Shown here in pieces: positions 51,225 through 59,975 of a DNA stretch of 64,000 nt (its first letter is position 1; every line of letters starts with the position of its first letter). The stretch is from NCBI GenBank assembly GCA_963824385.1, contig CAWGPD010000001.1:128001-192000 (forward strand), read 5' to 3'. This stretch comes from an uncultured Nitrososphaerota archaeon (GTDB lineage Archaea; Thermoproteota; Nitrososphaeria; Nitrososphaerales; Nitrosopumilaceae). The position numbers and the translations under genes were made by a program. The notes below the pieces were generated by a model. It was given only the letters and a program-made list of their open reading frames with translations. It searched no databases and had not been told where the DNA came from.

Positions 51225-51709
51225 CCGCCGGTAAGCTTGGCAAATTTTTCATTCTTGCAGAGATGTTCCATGAATTTTAGGTTCGATAATGCAACTACTG
51301 CAGAATCTCTAACTTGTTCACTTGAATCTTCAAGTGCTTTTTGTAGTGTCTCTTTTGCATCCTGAGAGCCAATTACTCCTAGTGCGACAGCTGCCTCGTG
51401 TCTTACAAATAGACTAGGATCGTTTCTAGTTGCGTCCTCTAATGGTTTTATTCCACTTCTTAGACACATCTGTCCTAAAGAGAATGCGGCTTCATGTCTT
51501 ACCAATTCATTAACATCATTTTTCAATATGTTTGCAACATGAGGAACAACATCTTCTCCTCCCATATCTACAAGAATACAAACGGTTCTGCATCTTATCA
51601 CAAAATCTTTGTGATCTAGCAAATGAACAAAGTATTCCTTGTCTTTTTTCTCATATTTCTCCTCCATTTCTGATAAGAGTTCAAGACGGTCTGCGGGAAT
51701 AACTTCCAT
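51221..51709 (-). CDS. HEAT-repeat protein resembling one half of deoxyhypusine hydroxylase
   Basis: VRHEAAFSLGQM, VRHEAAVALGVI, VRDSAVVAL. Confidence 0.85.
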   Translation of the reverse strand: MEVIPADRLELLSEMEEKYEKKDKEYFVHLLDHKDFVIRCRTVCILVDMGGEDVVPHVANILKNDVNELVRHEAAFSLGQMCLRSGIKPLEDATRNDPSLFVRHEAAVALGVIGSQDAKETLQKALEDSSEQVRDSAVVALSNLKFMEHLCKNEKFAKLTGG

Positions 51710-52017
51710 GTAGACAATTTTATTGTCGAATATTTAGTCGTATTGACAAATATTATAGATGAAAGATATTCCAGTAAAACAAAATATTCTATATTCTAAA
51801 TTCATAATGAGATAGTACCGGACATTTACCATTTGAATCAATCAAATGATTCACTATTTCACAGAATTGATAAAATGTCTAATCCTGCCTTTTAAAAATA
51901 TAGTAAAAAAATTAAAACTGGATCATTTTAGACCATTTATTTTCATATCATACGTTACACCGTGTTTTGTGTCTAGTAAGGCTCATTAACTGTCAATATT
52001 CATTTATTGATCATATA

Positions 52018-52476
52018 ATGAGCCGCTTAAGATATTGGAAACTCACAGTAGAAGATGTAAGAAAAGCCAAGTTTGACCCAAAAAAAGTATTGATCTGGGA
52101 AATAAAATGCCCAAAAGATGACCAGGGAGCAGTCTTTGGAGTGTACTCGTATAGAAATGGAACTCCCTGGGATTACGATTCAATCAAGGGCATTGTGTTC
52201 TATCATAACATGATAGAGAAAGAAGAATTAGATAGATTGACAAAGTTCATCAAGGATAAATTTGGTGGAGAACCTGCAGAAAAGAGTTCAAGAATATTTT
52301 TCAAAGGATCACGTGAAATCTGGGCACCAAATGAGATTGCAGATTTAGCAGTCCAATTAGGAGATAATTTCGAAGTAAGTACTGAACTTACAATAGAACT
52401 AGAGAATTTTACAGAACCAGAACAACAAGAAAGTAACCTACCGTCAAGCAAGATACTACCAATTCCTGGAAAGTAG
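52018..52476 (+). CDS. conserved hypothetical protein
   Basis: ORF with ATG start MSRLRYWKL. Confidence 0.8.
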   Translation: MSRLRYWKLTVEDVRKAKFDPKKVLIWEIKCPKDDQGAVFGVYSYRNGTPWDYDSIKGIVFYHNMIEKEELDRLTKFIKDKFGGEPAEKSSRIFFKGSREIWAPNEIADLAVQLGDNFEVSTELTIELENFTEPEQQESNLPSSKILPIPGK

Positions 52477-52541
52477 TGCGCAACTGCCCTCCCTCATGAA
52501 AATATACTATTAATACAGTTCATACTATTTTATAATCTGCA

Positions 52542-53339
52542 ATGGATAAGCCAATGACCATTAGCCAGCATTTAGAGGATTTACGAAAAAGGGTGTTTAG
52601 ATCAGTTATCGCCGTAGGAGTATTTTCATTTTTTATCCTAAGTTTCCATCTTACACCGATTATGTATAATGGGACAAAACTGTACTATCCAACATTTAGT
52701 CCATTTAACAATATGGCGGCTCAATTTACCATATCAATGAAACATCATCTACTGCCACCTACAGTCCAATTAATCCAGACAGCACCTGGACAAGCATTTT
52801 TTTCTCAATTTTATATCGCAATACTACTTGGAATGGTCTTTGCAATGCCAATCATAGTAAAAGAGTTTGTAGGGTTTTTAGCTCCTGCATTACATAGAAA
52901 AGAGATTCGCATTATCAGAAATATTACAATTCCAGCAATTGGGCTTTTCACTGCAGGAGGAATCTTTTCATACTTTTTTGTCACGCCATATATCCTTCAA
53001 TTTCTTTACAAGTATGGCCAGTCAGCTGACTTGCTTACATTTTTGAATATAATAGATTTCATCACATTTGTACTCCAGTTCATTCTTGCATTTGGCCTGT
53101 CATTTCAGTTACCCTTGATAATGTATGCGTTAACTGCATCAGGATTAATCGAACCAAAATTCTGGAGGAACAACATAAGATATGCAATTATTGGAATGGT
53201 CATACTTGGCGCTGCAATTACTCCAGATGGAAGTGGAGTTACCATGTGGTTTGTCGCAGGCCCCATGATTGGGTTATATCTCATAGGAATGGCAATATCA
53301 GAAAAACAGGCAAAAAGTATTGCAACACTTAAATCTTGA
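52542..53339 (+). CDS. tatC: twin-arginine translocase subunit TatC
   Basis: HLEDLRKR, FLAPAL, FGLSFQLP, AAITPD. Confidence 0.95.
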   Translation: MDKPMTISQHLEDLRKRVFRSVIAVGVFSFFILSFHLTPIMYNGTKLYYPTFSPFNNMAAQFTISMKHHLLPPTVQLIQTAPGQAFFSQFYIAILLGMVFAMPIIVKEFVGFLAPALHRKEIRIIRNITIPAIGLFTAGGIFSYFFVTPYILQFLYKYGQSADLLTFLNIIDFITFVLQFILAFGLSFQLPLIMYALTASGLIEPKFWRNNIRYAIIGMVILGAAITPDGSGVTMWFVAGPMIGLYLIGMAISEKQAKSIATLKS

Positions 53340-53360
53340 TCTGCTGCATTTAAGGCAATA

Positions 53361-53537
53361 ATGGCATACGAGAATGTAATAATTGCAGTTGTAATAATCG
53401 GGGTTTTGATTTTCGGTGCAAAAAAGATCCCAGAGCTAGCAAAAACATTCGGAAAGGCAAAAGGTGAATTCGAGAAAGGCAAGATGGAATCGGAAAAAGA
53501 GCTAAAAGAATTCAAAGATAAAGAAGACCTCAAGTAG
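53361..53537 (+). CDS. tatA: twin-arginine translocase subunit TatA, not in ORF track
   Basis: MAYENVIIAVVIIGVLIFGAKKIPELAKTFGKAKGEFEKG... Confidence 0.95.
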   Translation: MAYENVIIAVVIIGVLIFGAKKIPELAKTFGKAKGEFEKGKMESEKELKEFKDKEDLK

Positions 53538-53686
53538 TTCTGCCGACTCACCACCCACATCAACCTTAGTTGTTTATTCCACGTAACTATCTCTGATTTT
53601 TAAAAGGCCATTTCAACTAGTGTTAAACTCAGATATGTTCAGGTAAATTAGATAACGCTTTTTTACCCAAGTAAAATAAATACCGC

Positions 53687-54778
53687 GTGATAAAAAAAGC
53701 AGAGATTCAAAAAATTGTCAGTGAGTATTCCGAGCCAATAATTGGAGTGCTTGGAAGTCATTCTGCACTTGAAGTGATGGATGGTGCAAAAGATGAGAAT
53801 TTCAAGACAATAGTAGTTTGCCAAAAGGGAAGAGATGTGCCTTATAGAAGATTTTCAAGATTAGCCGATGAGATTATCATGGTAAACAAGTTCCAAGAAA
53901 TGTTATCTCCAAAGATTCAGACAAGACTTAGAAATTCAAGTACAATTGTTGTTCCACATAGGGCACTTACTGCATATTTAGGATATGATAACGTTGAAAA
54001 CAAATTCAAGGTGCCATTATTTGGAAACCGCGCTTTATTTCAAGCAGAGGAGAGAGCAAACAAGAAAAACCAATACTATTTACTTCAAAAATCCAAGATA
54101 AGATTTCCAAAATTATTCAAAGATCCAAAGGATATTGATAGACCAGTCATAGTAAAAGTTCAAGAAAAAAAACGCAAACTGGAAAGAGCGTTCTTTAATG
54201 TTTCATCATATGCAGAATATAGAGACAAAACGGAGACTAAGATAAGACAAGGTTTGATTTCAAGAGAGGCACTCAAGACTGCAAGCATCGAAGAATTTGT
54301 CATTGGTACTTATTTTAATTTCAATTATTTCCATACCCCAATATCAAACGAAGTAGATTTTCTTGGGATAGAAAGAAGATTACAGACTAATCTTCATGAC
54401 TTTGTCTCATTACCTGCAAAACAGCAGCTTGAGATGAACATTGAATTACAAAATATAGAGGTAGGTCACACGCCGGCAAGTATCAGAGAGTCATTGCTTG
54501 AAAAAGTCATAGACATAGGTGACAAGTTTGTAAATACTGTAAGAAAAGAATATGCACCTGGAATAATTGGTCCATTCTCTTTACAGAGTGTGATAACACG
54601 CGACTTGGACATTGTTGTGTATGATGTATCATTAAGAGTGCCAGGAAATCCAATTCTTGCCACAACCAGTCCATATACCAAATACAAGTATGGAGAAACT
54701 TTTGGTGTAGGACGCAGAATTGCAATGGAGATAAGAAAGGCGCAGCAAGAAGGAAAGCTAGACCAAGTATTGACTTAG
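53687..54778 (+). CDS. purP: PurP family ATP-grasp enzyme (FAICAR synthase or PurP-like)
   Basis: LGSHSAL...DGAKDE.F, FGNR, RESLLE, GIIGPFSLQ, GRRIAMEI. Confidence 0.88.
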   Translation: MIKKAEIQKIVSEYSEPIIGVLGSHSALEVMDGAKDENFKTIVVCQKGRDVPYRRFSRLADEIIMVNKFQEMLSPKIQTRLRNSSTIVVPHRALTAYLGYDNVENKFKVPLFGNRALFQAEERANKKNQYYLLQKSKIRFPKLFKDPKDIDRPVIVKVQEKKRKLERAFFNVSSYAEYRDKTETKIRQGLISREALKTASIEEFVIGTYFNFNYFHTPISNEVDFLGIERRLQTNLHDFVSLPAKQQLEMNIELQNIEVGHTPASIRESLLEKVIDIGDKFVNTVRKEYAPGIIGPFSLQSVITRDLDIVVYDVSLRVPGNPILATTSPYTKYKYGETFGVGRRIAMEIRKAQQEGKLDQVLT

Positions 54779-55201
54779 GCTTCCATCTTTTCTTTTAAGA
54801 GATTTTTTCTAACCAATATCGGAATATTATAAAATGAAGACTAGTGCTATTGCGTCAGATGCACGATAGTTACGCATTACAAGATCATGTTTCCCTGTAA
54901 AATAGACATTTGCACGTAAGACATTACCGCTCTCGTAAACTTTGATCTTAACTAGAACAAGTTCGTTGAGCTCTGCTATCTCTTCTACCATGTTGTATAT
55001 GGTAGGTATTGCCCCACGCTGCCCTTCCATAAAATTAGTAATGTGTCTTGCCACCTCACCTGAGAAGGCACGCATGTGAAACTCCTTTCCATTAGTTGCA
55101 CTCAATATTAAAAGTCCTTCAACTCCGTATGGGTCTACAAAACCAACATGTGTTATCTTGGTTTCAGCATAATCAGAATCTGGAGGTTCGTCGATCTTCA
55201 C
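54775..55201 (-). CDS. bifunctional nuclease (DUF151) family protein; one extra base at ~54840
   Basis: PTIYN, RASDAIAL; restoring AGCT gives ASDAIALASFYNIPILVRKNLLKEKMEA to TAA 54775-54777. Confidence 0.85.
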
Positions 55202-55289
55202 GACTGCTAGTATAACCCAATCACCCAAGATAAACACTTTGGAGAAATTCAGAGATAGAATTTAATGTCAGGACTCAGACTTTGGACAA

Positions 55290-56129
55290 GTGGAAAAACA
55301 AAAGTCACTAGTAAGATCAAATGTTGCCTTGATACTAATTGGGTTTGTAGCCATAGCCGTTTCTTTTTTGGCATATGCAAAAAACAGCAGTCTGATTGTC
55401 ACTCCTGCAGCTATGCCAGCATTACAAAGATTGGCAATTGCAACGTACGTGGTGTTGTTTGCATCATTTATTGCAATAGGATGGGGATTATACAAAACGT
55501 ACAAAACAAAGATCTCGTCTGGAGATACAACGATTCTTTCAGTTATTGCAAACTCTATAAACAACAAGAGAGCAAAACAGATTTTCATAATCAGTGCATT
55601 AGGATACGGATTATTCTTTGCATTTACATCTGGGATAATAATTTACAAGCCTGACATAAATGCCACAGATTATGGGTTTCCAAAACCTCCACATGTAGAA
55701 CTTTCGCCTTGCTGTGGCTTACCTGGCTACATGCCAATGATCTTTGCATTTTTCACTGAACATGTAGGACTTCAAATCATTCCCTTGAATGCGCTGCTGC
55801 TAGTTTCAGTCTCATTTTTGGTTGGCCTAAATTTTGCCATATCGTCAACAGTATTTTCAGTTGCAAAAAGCGGAGGAAAACTAGGAGCGTTTGGGGCAAT
55901 AACAGGACTTTTTGTCGGATGCCCAACATGTGCTGGAACAGCTTTTACAATGTTATTTGGTTTTGGAACTGGAGTTACAACTTTTACATTATTTCTGACA
56001 AGCTTTGAGGCGCAAGTTCAGACCATGTTTATTGCAATATCAATTCCAGTTCTTCTTATAACTCCAATTATGATGGCCAAAAGGATAAGAGCACAAAATG
56101 GAAGCTGTGCAGTAGAACCTAAACAATAG
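55290..56129 (+). CDS. polytopic membrane protein with CC and CxxC motifs
   Basis: About 6-7 hydrophobic segments; SPCCG, GCPTCAG, C-terminal GSC. Confidence 0.8.
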   Translation: MEKQKSLVRSNVALILIGFVAIAVSFLAYAKNSSLIVTPAAMPALQRLAIATYVVLFASFIAIGWGLYKTYKTKISSGDTTILSVIANSINNKRAKQIFIISALGYGLFFAFTSGIIIYKPDINATDYGFPKPPHVELSPCCGLPGYMPMIFAFFTEHVGLQIIPLNALLLVSVSFLVGLNFAISSTVFSVAKSGGKLGAFGAITGLFVGCPTCAGTAFTMLFGFGTGVTTFTLFLTSFEAQVQTMFIAISIPVLLITPIMMAKRIRAQNGSCAVEPKQ

Positions 56130-56382
56130 TTTTTTGCACTAGAGGCCTCTTCCAGTCTCCAATGTCGTAACCAGATTCTCTGAGATATTTCAGAGTAAGT
56201 TTGTAGACTAGTTCATCATGTTGCGCAGACTCTAAAATTACATCCCATCCCACATGACCATTTTCCTTAATTTTTTCTTGCATTTCTAGAGACAGTGTCT
56301 TTGCAATATCTCTGCATTGATCAAAAGTCTTACCGTTCTTGTATGCCCTAGTTCTAGAATCACATGTATCCATCACATTCAA
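56119..56382 (-). CDS. conserved hypothetical protein
   Basis: DTCDSR.RAYKNGKTFDQC..., compact ORF. Confidence 0.75.
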   Translation of the reverse strand: MNVMDTCDSRTRAYKNGKTFDQCRDIAKTLSLEMQEKIKENGHVGWDVILESAQHDELVYKLTLKYLRESGYDIGDWKRPLVQKTIV

Positions 56383-56478
56383 TGGCTTACAGGTGAAATA
56401 AAAAGATCAACTAATTTAGTGCAATACTAGTTTGAAATTAATATCTTAATAGCCCCCAATCTAGACACATTTTTCATA

Positions 56479-57333
56479 ATGAATAATCCCAATCCCATGG
56501 ATGTCATACTGTGGACATTAAGGCGTAGTGAGGGCGATGTCGTAAATCTTTACAATTACCTGTCAGAATTGATGCAGATTTCAACAGGAGGAAATTTCCT
56601 CAATTTCGGATACTGGAATGAAACTACGAAAAATCCAGTTGATGCACAATCAAATCTTTGTGACATAGTTGGAAGCATGGCGCAGCTAACAGACGCAAAA
56701 AATATTCTAGATGTTGGAAGTGGTTTTTCCGAGCCTGCCTTACTGTGGAAGAAAAATTATCCAGATATAGACATAACGTGCTTGAACATAAACTCAAATC
56801 AACTAAAATCGGCAAGCAAGATATCACATGAAAACGGATGTAAAATCAATCTGCTAAATTCAACTGCAACAAAGATTCCACTGACAAATGAATCATGTGA
56901 CAGAGTGATAGCATTGGAATCAGCACAGCATTTCAAGCCAATTCATGAATTCATATCAGAGGCAAACCGAGTTCTCAAGAAAGGAGGATTCATCATACTT
57001 GCAATCCCCGTTCTTTTAAAACCAACAAAAATGGATATTTTAAAAATTGGCATACTAAAGTTTACTTGGTCTTCTGAGCATTATGATCTAGAGACTGTTA
57101 AAAAAACAATTAATGATGCCGGTCTAAATATCATGGAAACCCAGCTAATTGGATCAAAAGTATATTCGCCCTTGGCAGATTATTATATAAAAAATCATGA
57201 ATTTTTAAGAACCAAGATTCTAAAAATATATCCATTCTACGTAGAGAAGATATTATTCAAGTCAATGCTAAAGATGAAGGAAGCTGCAAGAGATCAAACT
57301 ATTGAATATGCTCTAGTAAAATGTACAAAGTAA
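56479..57333 (+). CDS. class I SAM-dependent methyltransferase (sterol/tocopherol/RebM-like signature)
   Basis: LNFGYW, ILDVGSGF, ALESAQHF, RVLKKGG. Confidence 0.88.
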   Translation: MNNPNPMDVILWTLRRSEGDVVNLYNYLSELMQISTGGNFLNFGYWNETTKNPVDAQSNLCDIVGSMAQLTDAKNILDVGSGFSEPALLWKKNYPDIDITCLNINSNQLKSASKISHENGCKINLLNSTATKIPLTNESCDRVIALESAQHFKPIHEFISEANRVLKKGGFIILAIPVLLKPTKMDILKIGILKFTWSSEHYDLETVKKTINDAGLNIMETQLIGSKVYSPLADYYIKNHEFLRTKILKIYPFYVEKILFKSMLKMKEAARDQTIEYALVKCTK

Positions 57334-57501
57334 AACCTTATCAATCTCTAAAATCTATAATTTTTCATAGCATACCATTTCCGTCTGGATGCTTGTCTGC
57401 GTAGGTACTCTCTACGCAGCGCCTTCTTAATTTTCAAAAATAAATAGTCAATTACAAGTTTTAACCGTAAGAATTATTATCACAAATCAGTAACGAGAAA
57501 C

Positions 57502-57669
57502 ATGGGGCTTTTTAAGAAAAAGGAAGAACCTATTTCAACAAAGTGCAAGGAATGCGGTCTAGAGTTGCACGATCCAGTAAGACTAGACAGACATATGAAA
57601 AAAGCACATAAACACGTCTCACAGAAAAACTTTGACGAGCCTGGAACCAACTCTGGTGGAATGTGGTAA
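57502..57669 (+). CDS. 55-aa C2H2 zinc-finger microprotein, not in ORF track
   Basis: MGLFKKKEEPISTKCKECGLELHDPVRLDRHMKKAHKHVSQKNFDEPGTNSGGMW. Confidence 0.8.
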   Translation: MGLFKKKEEPISTKCKECGLELHDPVRLDRHMKKAHKHVSQKNFDEPGTNSGGMW

Positions 57670-57705
57670 GGTAAGTCTTGTTTATAATCAAAAAGGTAAT
57701 GTAAA

Positions 57706-58329
57706 ATGGTTGCTTTGGATATAATAAACAATTTAGCAAACTTTGTAATTCAAACGATATCAAATGCCGGATATCTAGGAATTTTTGCTCTCATGACAGC
57801 AGAGAGTGCACTGATACCAATTCCAAGTGAAATCATAATGCCATTTTCAGGATATTTAGTATCAACAGGAAAATTCAATCCAGTTTTTGTAATAATTGCA
57901 GGGTCTTTTGGAAATCTTGTTGGTTCTCTTGTTGCATATGTCATTGGCATAAAACTTGGCAGAGAAATTATCTTAAAATATGGAAAGTATATCTTTTTAA
58001 AAAAATCTCATCTAGACTGGACGGAATCATTCTTTAAAAAATATGGTGACAGGTCCACATTTGTAAGTAGACTATTGCCAGCTATTCGAACATACATTTC
58101 ATTACCAGCAGGTATTGCAAAAATGAATTTGAAAAAATTTGCGTTATACACTTTTGTAGGTTCCATCATATGGAGCACAATGCTGACTTATGTTGGAATA
58201 TCCCTGGGGCAAGAATGGGTCAAAATTAGACATTATTCAGATTACGTCGACGGACTAGTCATAATAGGAATCATAATTATCATAATAATCATAATCAAGA
58301 AGAGAATCGGCAAGGCAGAAACTAGCTAG
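57706..58329 (+). CDS. DedA family membrane protein
   Basis: ESALIPIPSEIIMPFSG, FFKKYG, SRLLPAIRTYIS.PAG. Confidence 0.94.
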   Translation: MVALDIINNLANFVIQTISNAGYLGIFALMTAESALIPIPSEIIMPFSGYLVSTGKFNPVFVIIAGSFGNLVGSLVAYVIGIKLGREIILKYGKYIFLKKSHLDWTESFFKKYGDRSTFVSRLLPAIRTYISLPAGIAKMNLKKFALYTFVGSIIWSTMLTYVGISLGQEWVKIRHYSDYVDGLVIIGIIIIIIIIIKKRIGKAETS

Positions 58330-58607
58330 CGTTCTTTATACTTGCTTAGTTCTTCTAAAATTATCTTAAAAATTGTTTCATTATCAAGCAATACACATGG
58401 AATTTCGTTTTCCTTACATGCCTTGCCAACTTCTACGTCTTCAGTAACTACAACCATGCCATTATCTTCAGCGTATTTTATTACAGAATAGTCACTTGAT
58501 AGTTTGTTTCCTTCTGAGATTAGTTTTTTAACACTAAATGCCTGATAGCCAAATTCTTTGAGTTTTGTATCTATTCCGTCATACATTTCATCAACTAGTA
58601 CCTTCAT
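58326..58607 (-). CDS. DUF5615/Mut7-C-like PIN domain protein
   Basis: KVLVDEM, SDYSVIKYA....VVVTED. Confidence 0.8.
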   Translation of the reverse strand: MKVLVDEMYDGIDTKLKEFGYQAFSVKKLISEGNKLSSDYSVIKYAEDNGMVVVTEDVEVGKACKENEIPCVLLDNETIFKIILEELSKYKER

Positions 58608-58840
58608 TATCTGTATTCGATTGAGACTTCTATTATTATGTTAGTATGGAAAAATCATATTTTTTGAACTTCTTTTTCTGAGATAACAAACCCAAAATGA
58701 ACATGTTTGAATTTTGCTAAAACACATTTATGAAAAATTCTTCAATAAATCTTTTCAAATATAGGAATTACATAGAGACTGTAAAACAAGGTTTTGATCC
58801 TTGAATAAGACGTATATAAGTCCAAATTTTCCCTTAGGTT

Positions 58841-59884
58841 ATGATCAAGACAATCAGCGTTGCAGGACTACAAGAAGGCATGCCGTTTAAGAAACCATCA
58901 ATAGAACTTTCAGAACTTTCAGAGATTACATCTTCAGGACATCTTACATGGATTGAATGTGTTGTTGATAGCATCATGGATGACACTCCAATAATTCTAG
59001 AAAAATTAGGAATCACTATGGATCCATCAGCACTATTATCAGGATATGTATCAAATTACGAAGATAGAATCGATACATTAGGTCTCATGATACCCTTTGT
59101 AGTTCCTGGAAATAACAAAACTTTGACTGCACCCATTTTGATATTCATGAAAAAAGACTTGATAGTTACAGTTCACGATGATTATGGTGGAAAGATAACA
59201 CGTTTGTACAATTATGCTCCCACTGTTTTACGAAAACTTCCAAAAGAAGCAGATAGTTGGGCAGATAGACAAACAATACTGCTAGCAAGAATCATAGATG
59301 AAATTTGCGAAGCCAATTTTTCAATACTGCGACTCATAGTAGAAAGAGCTGAACAATTTGAGATCGATATAGCAGGTTCAAGGCAAGTTACAAGAGATGT
59401 TGCATTGGAGTTATCAAACATGAAGACATCACTTTTGACTTATCTGAATGCAATATGGGCATCTTATGACACAGTTCACAACCTGAAACATGGAGATGCA
59501 GACATGGTATCAGATGATGAAAAAATTCTTGCAAAATTTGAGGTAATCCTTGGTAGATTAGACAGACAGATACAAATGTCTGAAAACGTAATGCAGATGG
59601 TTGCTACTGGTGTCAATGTAGTCCAGACCGAAGTTACAAACAAGGTCACCATTCTCATCATTTGGTGGACTGTGGCTGGAACGGCTGAACTTGTACCAAA
59701 CACTATAGCTACAGTATTTGGATTATATCCCAACCATGAGGCAGTATTTTACCAAATAACTGCCATAGTAATAGCATCAGCAGCAGCAGCAACCGCAGTT
59801 GCTTATTTCTATGTAAGAAAGTTCTTTGGTCAGAAACTAGGCTTTGACAAATTTAAGAGATTTGGAAGAAAGTCTAATAAATAA
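58841..59884 (+). CDS. CorA family divalent cation transporter (divergent signature)
   Basis: LIVTVH, long helical funnel, two C-terminal TM helices (PNTIATVFGL); canonical GMN absent. Confidence 0.8.
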   Translation: MIKTISVAGLQEGMPFKKPSIELSELSEITSSGHLTWIECVVDSIMDDTPIILEKLGITMDPSALLSGYVSNYEDRIDTLGLMIPFVVPGNNKTLTAPILIFMKKDLIVTVHDDYGGKITRLYNYAPTVLRKLPKEADSWADRQTILLARIIDEICEANFSILRLIVERAEQFEIDIAGSRQVTRDVALELSNMKTSLLTYLNAIWASYDTVHNLKHGDADMVSDDEKILAKFEVILGRLDRQIQMSENVMQMVATGVNVVQTEVTNKVTILIIWWTVAGTAELVPNTIATVFGLYPNHEAVFYQITAIVIASAAAATAVAYFYVRKFFGQKLGFDKFKRFGRKSNK

Positions 59885-59975
59885 TTTTTAAAACGTATCG
59901 ACTTTTTAGAGATTCATATAATTTAACCATAATTCAGTGCAAAAACAGCATATTTTCTTTTAAAATTATTTAAAA

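Noticed and set aside
3222..55237. Mass pseudogenisation or programmed frameshifting of dppF, dys, cdc48, mre11 and others
   Set aside because: Each gene has a single lesion with intact motifs on both sides, several are essential, and the lesions share a sequence motif rather than slippery heptamers.
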